Positions 42,082 to 51,695 of a DNA stretch of 64,000 nt are shown in pieces. The stretch comes from Candidatus Omnitrophota bacterium (GTDB lineage Bacteria > Omnitrophota > Gorgyraeia > Aquiviventales > Aquiviventaceae). A model generated the notes under the pieces. That model had not been told where the DNA came from. It made no database searches and saw only the letters and a list, made by a program, of their open reading frames with translations. Every line of letters starts with the position of its first letter. Positions within the stretch are counted from its first letter, which is position 1. The DNA lies in the NCBI GenBank assembly GCA_016198905.1, contig JACQHR010000004.1, positions 3,485 to 67,484 on the forward strand. Reading direction: 5' to 3'. The position numbers and the translations under genes are program-made.

Positions 42082-43173
42082 TTACCGGCGGACGGCTCGG
42101 ATGACCATGATGCCGCTGATGGCCAGCCCGAGGAGGTTGGGGATCCACATCGCCGCAGCCGCCGGCAGCCATCCCTTCAACGCGATGGCATTCATCCCGA
42201 TCGTGCCGAGGTAGTAGATCATGAAAATCCCCAGGACCCAGACATACGTCACGAGCCGCTCATGATGCTGCAAGCGCAGGCCGAGGGCCAGGCCGAAGAG
42301 GATGAAGATGAGGGCCGCAAATGAGGAGGCGATCTTGCGGTGGAGTTCGAGGCTGACGGGCAGCGTCTCGATGCCTTGGGCGCTCAGGCGCCGGCGCGTG
42401 GCGCGCAGATCCTTGAACGTCATCTCCTTGAGCTTCTTGCCGATCCGTTCGGGGTTGTTCTGGTCCGATCGCAGCGTCATGCCGTACGTGGTGAACGTGG
42501 CCTTATAGAACGAGCCCGGATGGAGCGGGTCCCACTCATCGACGGTGCCGTCGTGGAGTTTCAGTTGGACGCCTCGCTTATCCGCCAGCCGCTCAAATGC
42601 GCCGCGCTCCGCGATGATGGTGCGGGTGGGTCCGTTGGGCTGCGGCTCGTAGATGCGGACATTGTAGAGGCGCCGGCCCTCGACCTGGTAGACGAAGATG
42701 ACGTAGGGGGGGAACTCCTTGATGAACGTGCCGGCTTCGAGGTAGGCCGTCGGTTGCTGCACGCCGATGGCTTTGAGCTGTTGGCGAAACGCCTGGTGCG
42801 ACGTGGGCACGATCCGGTCGTTGACGACGATGAGACAGACGCTGATGACGAGGCCGACCAGCAGCATCGGTGAGACCAGGCGGATGGGGGCGACCCCGGA
42901 GGCGCGCATCGCGATGAGCTCGTAATCGGTGCTCAGGCGGCCAAAGGCCAAGATCATGGCGATGAGGCACGCCATGGGCACCGTGAAGCTGAGCATGTAC
43001 GGGATGAGGTAGATGATCAGGCGCAAGACATCAAAGACGTTGACCCCTTTGGCGATCACGAGTTCGGCGAACTTGATGATGTTGCCGACCAGCAGCACGG
43101 CGGTGAGCCCGCCCATCGTGACGAAGAAGGGGGCGACATGTTCCCGCAAGACGTAGATCCGGAGCGTTCTCAT
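42082..43173 (-). CDS. lptF: LPS export ABC permease LptF (YjgP/YjgQ family)
   Basis: N-terminus MRTLRIYVLREHVAPFF, TM pattern and central periplasmic domain are typical of LptF/G. Lies upstream of lptG on the same strand. Confidence 0.75.
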   Translation of the reverse strand: MRTLRIYVLREHVAPFFVTMGGLTAVLLVGNIIKFAELVIAKGVNVFDVLRLIIYLIPYMLSFTVPMACLIAMILAFGRLSTDYELIAMRASGVAPIRLVSPMLLVGLVISVCLIVVNDRIVPTSHQAFRQQLKAIGVQQPTAYLEAGTFIKEFPPYVIFVYQVEGRRLYNVRIYEPQPNGPTRTIIAERGAFERLADKRGVQLKLHDGTVDEWDPLHPGSFYKATFTTYGMTLRSDQNNPERIGKKLKEMTFKDLRATRRRLSAQGIETLPVSLELHRKIASSFAALIFILFGLALGLRLQHHERLVTYVWVLGIFMIYYLGTIGMNAIALKGWLPAAAAMWIPNLLGLAISGIMVIRAVRR

Positions 43174-43282
43174 GTAAAGGGGGCGTGGGGCGTGGGGCGT
43201 GGGACATCGAATAAAGACTGTCTCTGTAGTGCCCCTGCCCCCTGTCTCCCGCCCCTTTCCTCTTTTTGCTGACTGTTCATGA

Positions 43283-44026
43283 TTAGATTGGAGTCCGAGC
43301 CGCGGTGAGCACGAAGACGCGGTCAGCGCCCGCGGATTTCAACGCCTGCGCGCAGGCGCTTGCCGTCGCACCGCTCGTGAGCACATCATCGATCAGCACG
43401 ACCGTCTGCCGCGCGACCGCGGGCTGTGCCGCGAACGCCCCCCGGACATTCTGAAACCGGGATGCGCCGTGCAGTCGGGTTTGCGTGGGAGTCCACCGAG
43501 TGCGTCGCACGAGTGTCAGCGCGTACGGTTTCTTCAACGCGCGGGCCACGGCGCGTCCGAGTTCCTGCGAGGGATCGAACCCCTTCAGTCGCCGTTTCAA
43601 CCAGAACGAGGGGACGGACAAGACCAGCGAGATCTCATCAAGCGGAAAGGCGTCTTGCGCCGTGCGCGTCATCTGCGAGGCGAGCCAGCGGCCCAATCGC
43701 CAGCGTCGATAATACTTGAACTGGTGCACCGTCTCCCGGATCGGTCCCACATACCGCCACGGCGCCCTGGCCATGTCAAAGGCGAATGACGCGCGCCGGC
43801 AGGCTCGACAAACCATGGCCGCATCGAAGGCTCCTGGCAGCCCCACGCCACAGTGTGAACACACGGGCGGAAGGTTCGGAATCGCCGCCTGCACACACTC
43901 CCGACACAACACCGACGCCTCGCCTGCGTCCTCTGCAGAGACAAGACATGAGGCATCGAGCCGTGCATGGCAGAGCAGGCACGCAGGAGGATAGAGCAGA
44001 TTGGCGAGTCGTCCGCCACGTCGCAT
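43283..44026 (-). CDS. comF: ComF family phosphoribosyltransferase-domain protein
   Basis: C-terminal PRTase motif VVLIDDVLTSGAT. N-terminal Cys pairs (CLLCH, CRECV, CSHCG, CRAC). ATG 44026 chosen because the longer track ORF extends into an AT-richer non-coding-looking region. Confidence 0.75.
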   Translation of the reverse strand: MRRGGRLANLLYPPACLLCHARLDASCLVSAEDAGEASVLCRECVQAAIPNLPPVCSHCGVGLPGAFDAAMVCRACRRASFAFDMARAPWRYVGPIRETVHQFKYYRRWRLGRWLASQMTRTAQDAFPLDEISLVLSVPSFWLKRRLKGFDPSQELGRAVARALKKPYALTLVRRTRWTPTQTRLHGASRFQNVRGAFAAQPAVARQTVVLIDDVLTSGATASACAQALKSAGADRVFVLTAARTPI

Positions 44027-44426
44027 CGAAGAACCAGCAGCGTAACATGGTGTCTGCAGAGTGTCAACGAAGGGCCACCCCTTATGATGGTCACGTGTGG
44101 TGGGTCCTGCGCCCGCCCACCCCAGCGATAATGATCGGCGGTCCAGGGAAGCCGTGAGGCGACGACCCGCGGCGTCACCCACCCAAACTTCACCACTACC
44201 CCATATCATACTCTGTTGCTCTGAGTACGCCGCTGGAGCCACACGTCGTAGCCTATCGGAAGCGTTTTGAGTGATTTCACCGCCGCTCAGATGTAGAATA
44301 TGGAACAATATGGAATCGAAAGGAATGTGCGGGTACGAGTCCTTGCTACAAGACGGATATGAATGACCATCATTGAGACTGCATTCAAGATTTTGCCATC
44401 ACATAGCAATCGACCACCCATACTAG

Positions 44427-45431
44427 ATGAAACCACGGTCTCCTGACGAACTCTCGGCATTGGTCGAGGAGTTTTTTGTGCTCCAACCGTGGCAACAGGC
44501 GGAGGATCACATTATTGGATTGCGAGGAAACTGCGGCCTGCGCTTTGCCAGCATCATGGGAAGCAGTGGGATGGAATTCGGAGTACTCCTCCTCAAGGGG
44601 TGGGAGGGTTACCGCATCTTGCGCGGAATTGTCGAGGGTGAAAGCGATGCCGACGCCATGCAGAACGTCGAGATGCTCTCCCTATCGATCGAGCGTCCCG
44701 AAGACTACCCGCCGCGTTTTACCGCGTACGCCAGACGGCGAGGTTTGCACCCAGTCAAGGGAATGGGCCAGCCATTGGTCATGGTCAAGACGTCAAGGAT
44801 GATCGCCAAGACGCCGACGGCGGCTGATGAAGCGCTGTTGTGCGAGTCGCTCGGTGCGCTCGTAGAGCTGGCTCGCGACAACAACCTCCGGCTCGTCAGG
44901 CGACCATTACGAGCCCGCGAGGCGCGCGTGTTTGAGCGTGGGGAAACCGGGGCATGGAAGCCCGCGTGGCTTGCGATTCCTCCCGAGCCCGTGATGCCTC
45001 CAGTTGAACAGTTGACTGAAGCAGATCGCGCCGCCTGTCAATCGCTCCCGCGGCTTCAGACGCGTTATCTCGCCGCGTTCCATGCCGGCGGGCTCTCCAT
45101 CCAGGGAGAGATTCCTCGCTTGCTCGTCATGCTTGATGAAACGACAGACAAGGTCCTCGATACTCGTGTTCTGAAAGAACGCCCGAAAATGTCGCGGGAT
45201 CTCCTCGCCGCGCTGTTGCGAGTCTTTCACGGCCAAAACGCCATGCAGCAACCGGGATTGCCTCGCGAGCTTCTGACAAATTCCAAGCTGCTCTATGACC
45301 TTCTCAAACGCGACGTCTCGCAGCTTGGCGTCCGTGTGGTGTACAAGCGAGAGGTGCCGCATCTGGAGTTCGTGCTGCAGGATTTCTTCCGGTTCCTCAA
45401 TCGCTGTCCTTCAGGGGGAGCCAATGGTTGA
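44427..45431 (+). CDS. Hypothetical 334-aa protein, first gene of the accessory cassette
   Basis: ATG start after a ~400-bp lower-GC spacer. No catalytic motif recognised. The segment ASIMGSSGMEFGVLLLKGWEGY is reminiscent of uncharacterised DUF families, which is a weak recollection only. Confidence 0.5.
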   Translation: MKPRSPDELSALVEEFFVLQPWQQAEDHIIGLRGNCGLRFASIMGSSGMEFGVLLLKGWEGYRILRGIVEGESDADAMQNVEMLSLSIERPEDYPPRFTAYARRRGLHPVKGMGQPLVMVKTSRMIAKTPTAADEALLCESLGALVELARDNNLRLVRRPLRAREARVFERGETGAWKPAWLAIPPEPVMPPVEQLTEADRAACQSLPRLQTRYLAAFHAGGLSIQGEIPRLLVMLDETTDKVLDTRVLKERPKMSRDLLAALLRVFHGQNAMQQPGLPRELLTNSKLLYDLLKRDVSQLGVRVVYKREVPHLEFVLQDFFRFLNRCPSGGANG

Positions 45432-45600
45432 CGTCAGCAAACTCCTAACCGTCCGTGAAGCTGCCAAGCGTCTCGATTTGACCGAGGAGCGGGTGCGTGA
45501 GCTCATCGGATTGAAGCAGATTCGCGCGACCAAGATCAAGCGGTGGCGCATTGCGCCGGATGATCTGGAAGAGTTTGTGGTGAGTAGAAGGAACAAGTAG
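45424..45600 (+). CDS. Excisionase/MerR-type helix-turn-helix DNA-binding protein (HTH_17-like)
   Basis: 58 aa. LLTVREAAKRLDLTEERVRELIGLKQIRATKIKRWRIAPDDLEEFV fits the excisionase-family HTH pattern. Overlaps the upstream gene by 8 nt. Confidence 0.6.
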   Translation: MVDVSKLLTVREAAKRLDLTEERVRELIGLKQIRATKIKRWRIAPDDLEEFVVSRRNK

Positions 45601-45608
45601 CAGGGACA

Positions 45609-47234
45609 ATGCCAACGCTCGATTGGATCGGCAAGAAGGCAGTCCTCAACCATCATCGAGAGGTTCCGTACCATTTGCTTCGATGCGACCGAAGCCTGTC
45701 TGCTGGCGAACCGGAGAGCGAGAATTTGCTGGTGCAAGGCGATAACCTCATCGCGCTGAAAGCGCTGCTACCCTATTATGCCGGCAAGGTCAAATGCATC
45801 TATATTGACCCGCCCTACAACACTGGCAACGAGAACTGGGTCTACAACGATGCAGTGAACAGCCCCGAAATTCGCAGTTGGCTGGGCAAAGTCGTGGGAG
45901 CGGAAGCGGAAGACCTGTCCCGGCACGATAAATGGCTCTGCATGATGTATCCCCGGCTCGCCTTGCTACGGGATTTCCTCACGGAGGATGGAGCAATCTT
46001 CATTAGCATCGATGACAATGAGGCTCATTCGTTGCGGATGCTTATGGATGAAGTGTTCGGACAGCAGAACTTCATTGCATCTGTCATTTGGCAAAAGGTC
46101 TATGCTCCGAAGAATTCTGCAAGACATTTTTCGGAGGATCACGACTACGTGATCGTCTATGCAAAACGCGCTGAGCAGTGGAAGCCGCAATTAATCTCTC
46201 GAAGTGGTAAACAAGATAAGGCCTACAAAAATCCAGACAATGATCCGCGAGGTCTTTGGCGTGCGGATGGAATGTCGGCAAGAAACCCGTACAGCAGGGG
46301 ACTTTACCAGGTGCGATGTCCGTCTGGCAGATTGATCTCTGGGCCACCCAAGGGCAGGTATTGGGGTTTTTCAGAGGAGAAGTTTAAGGAAATGGATGCG
46401 GATGGCCGTATCTGGTGGGGCAAGGACGGAAATAATAACCCCTCTGTTAAACGGTTCCTTTCAGAGGTCAAGCAAGGAGTTGTGCCTCAGACATTGTGGA
46501 CTTACGGAGAGGTTGGTCACACGCAGGAGGCTAAGAAGGAGCTGGTCGCAATTTGTGATTTTGAGGACTCGGCGTCGGTCTTCATTACACCCAAGCCCGT
46601 GCGTCTAGTCCGGCGCATCCTGGAAATCGCCACAGACAAAGACTCGCTTGTGCTCGATTCATTTGCCGGCAGCGGCACAACCGGCCATGCAGTGCTTGAC
46701 CTCAACAAGGCTGACGGAGGCAACCGGCGCTTCATCCTGGTGGAGATGGATGAGAATATCTGCCGGAACGTTGCCGCACAGCGTCTCAGCCGTGTCGCTA
46801 AGGGCTATACGAATCGCAAAGTTGAAGGCAAGCCAGTCGAAATTCAAGGTCTCGGTGGAGGTTTTCGCTTCTGCATGCTCAGTGAGCCCTTGTTCGATGA
46901 GAACGGAAGCATTCGTGAGGCGGTGGCTTTTTCGGATCTGGCATCACATGTCTTCTTTGTTGAAACAGGCGCGCCCATTCCAAAGCGCGCGACGACCAAG
47001 AGCCCACTTCTTGGGACTCACGACGGAGCGGCCGTGTATCTCCTCTACAACGGCATCCTGGGTGACAAAGCGCCGCGTGGCGGGAACGTCCTCACCAGAG
47101 GAGTTCTTGCCGGGCTTCCTCCTCATGATGGGCCGAAGGTGGTGTATGGGACGGGGTGTCTGCTCAGCCGACAGCGCTTGAAACGTGAAGGCATCACCTT
47201 TCGACAGGTTCCCTATGAGGTCAAGGTGAGCTGA
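45609..47234 (+). CDS. mod: Type III restriction-modification DNA methyltransferase (Mod; N6-adenine, beta class)
   Basis: MPTLDWIGK N-terminus. The DPPYNTG catalytic motif precedes the FAGSGTTGHAV AdoMet motif. Immediately followed by Res. Confidence 0.9.
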   Translation: MPTLDWIGKKAVLNHHREVPYHLLRCDRSLSAGEPESENLLVQGDNLIALKALLPYYAGKVKCIYIDPPYNTGNENWVYNDAVNSPEIRSWLGKVVGAEAEDLSRHDKWLCMMYPRLALLRDFLTEDGAIFISIDDNEAHSLRMLMDEVFGQQNFIASVIWQKVYAPKNSARHFSEDHDYVIVYAKRAEQWKPQLISRSGKQDKAYKNPDNDPRGLWRADGMSARNPYSRGLYQVRCPSGRLISGPPKGRYWGFSEEKFKEMDADGRIWWGKDGNNNPSVKRFLSEVKQGVVPQTLWTYGEVGHTQEAKKELVAICDFEDSASVFITPKPVRLVRRILEIATDKDSLVLDSFAGSGTTGHAVLDLNKADGGNRRFILVEMDENICRNVAAQRLSRVAKGYTNRKVEGKPVEIQGLGGGFRFCMLSEPLFDENGSIREAVAFSDLASHVFFVETGAPIPKRATTKSPLLGTHDGAAVYLLYNGILGDKAPRGGNVLTRGVLAGLPPHDGPKVVYGTGCLLSRQRLKREGITFRQVPYEVKVS

Positions 47235-49876
47235 TGCTGGCGCTCAAAGAATACCAGCAGCGGACACTGGATGCGCTCAGCGCCTACTTCAAGATCTGCG
47301 TCAGTCTTGGAAACGCCGATACGGCATTTTATGAGACGACGCGCGCGAGTTGGGGAACCGGCATTCCGTATCGGTCTGTCGCCGAGCTCCCCGGACTGCC
47401 GTACATCTGTCTTCGCATCCCAACGGGAGGCGGCAAGACGTTTGTCGCCTGCCATGCGGTCAACGTTGCCACGAAAGAATTGCTCAAGAGCGACCGCTGC
47501 GTTGTCCTCTGGCTTGTGCCATCCAATGCTATCCGCGAGCAGACGCTGAAGGCGCTCAGAGATCGGGCGCACCCTTACCGTCAGGCGCTGGACGCTGCGA
47601 TGGGTTCCGTGACGATTCTCGATGTCACTGAAGCGTTGTACGTCAAACGCGGCGTACTCGATGCCACGACCACAATCATCGTCTCGACGATGCAGGCATT
47701 CCGCGTTGAGGACACTGAAGGACGGAAAGTGTACGAGTCCTCGGGAGCACTCATGGAGCACTTCGCAGAGCTCCAAGATGGTCAGCGGTGCAGTCTTGAG
47801 CAGCGAGAGGACGGTTCGATTGAGTACTCGTTGGCGAACGTGCTTCGCATCCGTCGGCCGGTCATCATCGTCGATGAAGCCCACAATGCCCGGACCCCGC
47901 TCTCCTTCGGCACGTTGGCGCGCTTCAAGCCGTCCTGCATTATCGAGTTCACGGCCACGCCGGATACTGACGAGAGCCCCAGTAACGTGCTCCACAGCGT
48001 GTCGGCTGCCGAGCTCAAGGCAGAAGCCATGATCAAGCTACCAATTCGGCTTGAGACGCGGCCTTCGTGGAAAGAGCTATTGGCTGACGCGGTCGCGATT
48101 CGGAGTCGGCTTGAAACGGTTGCAAATGCCGAGCGTCAGGAAACCGGGGAATACATCAGGCCGATCATGCTGATTCAGGCGCAGCCGAGACGCCAACACC
48201 AAGACACGCTCACTGTTGACGTGATCAAGCAATGCTTGAAAGAGGATCACCATATCCGGGATGGGGAGATTGCAGTGGCGACCGCAGAGGACAAGGAATT
48301 GGATGGAGTGGATTTGTTGCGGCCCGATTGCGAGGTCCGGTTCGTGATCACGATTCAGGCGCTGCGGGAAGGTTGGGATTGTCCGTTTGCGTATGTTTTG
48401 TGCTCGGTGGCGGAGCTGAGATCCTCCACGGCGGTTGAGCAGATCCTTGGCCGGCTGATGCGGCTGCCGAAGGCGGACTGGAAGCGCCGCGCAGAGCTCA
48501 ACATGGCGTATGCGTTCTCCGCTTCCCAGAGTTTTGTTGAGGCGGCAAACGTTTTGACGGATGCCTTGGTACAAAACGGCTTCAATAAGCAAGAGGCGAA
48601 AGAACTCATTACGCCAATGCCGGCCATCCAACCTGAATTGCCATTGGGCGATGAAGACGTCTTCATGGGCATGGTGACGGCTGAGGTGTCCGAAGCTCCC
48701 CGAACGGAAGGCTTGGTTCGGGATATCTCTGAGAAAGTGAAGTACGACGCTGGAACCGGCACGCTCACTTTCCAAGGGGTAATGGACGACCGAGAGCGTG
48801 ACCAATTGAAAGGCTGTTTCACGACCGATGAAGGGAAGGCGGCGGTTGAGCGCGTATATCGCAGGTCCCGTGGACTGCCATCGGAGGATGCCGGGACGCC
48901 CTCTGAGCGGGGCGAGCGACTGGCCGTTCCGCTATTGGCGATCAAGCAACGCGACTTATTCGAGCCCGTTGACGAAACGCACTTCCTAGAGACCCCCTGG
49001 CGGTTGTCTGAATGTGACAGTCTCCTGTCAGAGCAGGAATTTCCATCGAATCGCTCCGAGGGCCAGCAAGGGGAAATCACCGTTACCGATCAAGGCCGCA
49101 TCGAGTCGCGCTTTTTGGGCGACCTGCATCAACAGGTCACGTTCCTCGACTTTGATGAGCGCTGGACTGTCCCAACGTTGGCGCACTGGTTAGACCGAAC
49201 GATTTCACATCGCGATATCACGCCCGAAGAATCCGGCGTGTTCCTGATGCGACTTGTGCGACAGGTCATTGAGCAGCGGGGCATCAACCTTGAGCGGTTG
49301 GTTCACGACAAGTACCGGCTTCGGGAGGCAGTTGCCGCCAAGATCGACAGCCATCGGCGGAACGCACATGTCTCTGCGTACCAGGCGCTCCTATTTTCCG
49401 ATGGGGCAAGCTCTGTCACGGTCAGCCCTGAAATCTGCTTTTCCTTCGACCTGTTGCTATACCCCTATGGAACCCTCTACCAAGGGGCCTACAAATTCAA
49501 GAAGCACTACTATCCGCAGGTAGACCTGAAGGCTGAAGGCGAAGAATTCGAGTGCGCCCAATTTCTGGATACGCTGCCTGAAGTTAAATTCTGGGTGCGA
49601 AACATCGAGCGCCGACCATCACACTCATTCTGGCTGCCCACTTCAAGCGATAAGTTCTACCCGGATTTCGTCTGCCTCCTGAACGATGGCCGCTTCCTCG
49701 TTGTCGAGTACAAGGGCGAAGATCGCTGGAGCAACGACGACTCCAAAGAGAAGCGCGACATCGGCGGCCTCTGGGAAGCCCGCAGCTCCGGCAAGTGCCT
49801 CTTCGTCATGCCTAAAGGCAAAGATTTTGAAGCAATTAAGGCTAAGGTTGAGAAAAATGCCAGCGTTGCTCTATGA
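47234..49876 (+). CDS. res: Type III restriction endonuclease Res subunit (SF2 helicase + C-terminal PD-(D/E)xK nuclease)
   Basis: The start overlaps the mod stop. Walker A PTGGGKT, DEAH box IIVDEAHN and TATP motif. C-terminal YPDF...VVEYKG nuclease-like motif. Confidence 0.9.
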   Translation: MLALKEYQQRTLDALSAYFKICVSLGNADTAFYETTRASWGTGIPYRSVAELPGLPYICLRIPTGGGKTFVACHAVNVATKELLKSDRCVVLWLVPSNAIREQTLKALRDRAHPYRQALDAAMGSVTILDVTEALYVKRGVLDATTTIIVSTMQAFRVEDTEGRKVYESSGALMEHFAELQDGQRCSLEQREDGSIEYSLANVLRIRRPVIIVDEAHNARTPLSFGTLARFKPSCIIEFTATPDTDESPSNVLHSVSAAELKAEAMIKLPIRLETRPSWKELLADAVAIRSRLETVANAERQETGEYIRPIMLIQAQPRRQHQDTLTVDVIKQCLKEDHHIRDGEIAVATAEDKELDGVDLLRPDCEVRFVITIQALREGWDCPFAYVLCSVAELRSSTAVEQILGRLMRLPKADWKRRAELNMAYAFSASQSFVEAANVLTDALVQNGFNKQEAKELITPMPAIQPELPLGDEDVFMGMVTAEVSEAPRTEGLVRDISEKVKYDAGTGTLTFQGVMDDRERDQLKGCFTTDEGKAAVERVYRRSRGLPSEDAGTPSERGERLAVPLLAIKQRDLFEPVDETHFLETPWRLSECDSLLSEQEFPSNRSEGQQGEITVTDQGRIESRFLGDLHQQVTFLDFDERWTVPTLAHWLDRTISHRDITPEESGVFLMRLVRQVIEQRGINLERLVHDKYRLREAVAAKIDSHRRNAHVSAYQALLFSDGASSVTVSPEICFSFDLLLYPYGTLYQGAYKFKKHYYPQVDLKAEGEEFECAQFLDTLPEVKFWVRNIERRPSHSFWLPTSSDKFYPDFVCLLNDGRFLVVEYKGEDRWSNDDSKEKRDIGGLWEARSSGKCLFVMPKGKDFEAIKAKVEKNASVAL

Positions 49877-50520
49877 GGACAGAACGGGTCAAGAAGCGGA
49901 AAAGGCGAGTGGAGGACCCAGTAAGCAGGATTCAGTCAATCCTTGCCATCGCTATTTCCTTCATAAGCTTGCTCGTGGCAGTCCGGGGATGTTACTGGCA
50001 GGAGCGGAGCCTGAAGACCCATCTCGATCCCACGATCACATGCATCTTAGATCACCATCCAACAAAACCCGGTTTTCTTTTATTCTCCCTTCGAAATGAC
50101 GGTCCGATGACCGCTAGCACCGTCTCAGTTGACCACTATCAACTCCGATATGAAAAATCGAAGCACCAGATACGTATGAGCGGTGCAGGTGGATATGCAT
50201 ATAGCGACCCAGGTGTGCGCTGGATTTATCTCTCTCAGCTCGCGCCAAATCAGATAGCGTCAAAATTAACGGGGGACATGCTTCTTCGTAACGAGCCCGA
50301 TCTAATCGGGGTGCTACTGTTTGATCTAAGTTTCTACCGAGATACTGATGGGAAGGGCTACACTAAACGATGTAGCTTCTATGTGGAGGGAGATCGTATA
50401 TTTACCAAGCAGACATTTGCGGACAATCAGCACTTCCAAGAGTTGGATAAGGAAATAGCGAGACATTTGGGGAAGGCCAGGGTAATGTTCAAAAGCGCGG
50501 GTCCTTATCAGAAGGAATAA
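49873..50520 (+). CDS. Hypothetical 215-aa protein with one N-terminal TM helix
   Basis: ATGA overlap with the res stop. Basic N-terminus then ILAIAISFISLLVAV helix. Visibly lower G+C than neighbours. No recognised domain. Confidence 0.5.
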   Translation: MRTERVKKRKRRVEDPVSRIQSILAIAISFISLLVAVRGCYWQERSLKTHLDPTITCILDHHPTKPGFLLFSLRNDGPMTASTVSVDHYQLRYEKSKHQIRMSGAGGYAYSDPGVRWIYLSQLAPNQIASKLTGDMLLRNEPDLIGVLLFDLSFYRDTDGKGYTKRCSFYVEGDRIFTKQTFADNQHFQELDKEIARHLGKARVMFKSAGPYQKE

Positions 50521-50540
50521 CCTGGAATTGAGATAGGTCC

Positions 50541-51695
50541 ATGATGCGCATTGAAGTAAAGCCGGAGCTGATACGCTGGGCGCGAGAGCGGGCTGGGATC
50601 GATCCAGATGTGCTCACCAGAAGATTTCCTCAGTTCAGATCCTGGGAGCGCGGTGCCGCTCAGCCGACGTTCAGACAACTCGAAGATTTTGCCAAGGCGA
50701 CGTTGGTTCCCATCGGCTATTTGTTTCTCCCTGAACCGCCGGAGGAACCACTTCCGATTCCTGATTTTCGCACCGCGCCGGGTGCAGGGAGGGTGCGTCC
50801 GAGCCCAAATCTGCTGGATACGATCTACACGATGCAGCGACGCCAGGCGTGGCTGCGCGAGGAGCGTGTCGAATGCGAGTCGGAACCGCTGCAGTTTGTG
50901 GGAAGCGCACGGCTGACCGATGACCCGGATGCCGTCGGGCGCGAGATGCGGCGCATTATCGGCTTCGAGGAGGGATGGGCCGCCAAAGTCCGCACATGGA
51001 CGCAAGCCGTGGGAGAATTGCGTCGCGCCATCGAGCAACTGGGTGTCATGACGGTGATCAACGGCGTGGTCGGGAACAACACGCACAGAACGCTGGATAC
51101 CGAAGAATTTCTAGGCTTTGCATTGTGCGACAAGTACGCACCGCTATTATTCGTAAACGGCGCAGATTATGAGTCTCGAAAGATGTTCACTCTGGCCCAC
51201 GAACTGGCGCACATCTGGTTGGGCTCCGTAGGCGAAGGGCTATCGGGATTTGAGTCCATATTCCCCGGAGGGACGCAAGTCGAGGACTTCTGCGACAGGG
51301 CGGCGGCCGAATTTCTTGTGCCGGCAAAGGAATTGAATGCCCGTTGGGGCAGTGTGAAAGATGAGCCACAGCCGTTCGAGACGCTTGCCCAGAAGTTTAA
51401 GGTCAGCCCCATCGTTGTCGGCCGCCGAGCCATGGATCTGCGTCTAGTGGACCGTGAAACATTTTTTGACTTCTACCGGGCGTACGTTAAGCGGGAACGC
51501 ACTCGAAAAAAGAGCACGGGTGGAGGCGATTTCTATAATAACCAGAACACGCGCGTTGGCGCGCTGTTCGCCACCCAGGTAGTCCGGGCGGCGAAAGAAG
51601 GTCGGATAGGCTTTAAAGAGGCTTATGATCTGACCGGGTTGCACGGTGGCGCTTTTCAGGAATACGCGAACCGCCTGGGGATCGTTCTGCCATGA
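50541..51695 (+). CDS. HTH (XRE-like) + ImmA/IrrE family zinc metallopeptidase (COG2856-like)
   Basis: HEXXH motif in FTLAHELAHIW, with downstream E in AAEFLVP. N-terminal region resembles an XRE-type HTH. Confidence 0.8.
   Translation: MMRIEVKPELIRWARERAGIDPDVLTRRFPQFRSWERGAAQPTFRQLEDFAKATLVPIGYLFLPEPPEEPLPIPDFRTAPGAGRVRPSPNLLDTIYTMQRRQAWLREERVECESEPLQFVGSARLTDDPDAVGREMRRIIGFEEGWAAKVRTWTQAVGELRRAIEQLGVMTVINGVVGNNTHRTLDTEEFLGFALCDKYAPLLFVNGADYESRKMFTLAHELAHIWLGSVGEGLSGFESIFPGGTQVEDFCDRAAAEFLVPAKELNARWGSVKDEPQPFETLAQKFKVSPIVVGRRAMDLRLVDRETFFDFYRAYVKRERTRKKSTGGGDFYNNQNTRVGALFATQVVRAAKEGRIGFKEAYDLTGLHGGAFQEYANRLGIVLP

Noticed and set aside
40934-42214. 426-aa plus-strand ORF, opposite lptG and the lptF 3' end.
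   Set aside because: It is a shadow ORF. The minus strand encodes typical LptF/G permeases with a TM pattern, while the plus-strand product is an Arg/Glu/His-rich low-complexity sequence.
41975-43262. Short tandem repeats (CAGTCTC, GGGGCGT) considered as a possible CRISPR array.
   Set aside because: The repeat units are 6-7 nt with no spacers, and no cas genes are present. These are simple tandem repeats or hairpins, not CRISPR.
44027-44308. Longer version of comF in the track (start at 44308).
   Set aside because: The extra 94 codons run into the AT-richer spacer and lack ComF similarity. The protein from ATG 44026 begins just before the conserved Cys-pair region and has typical ComF length.
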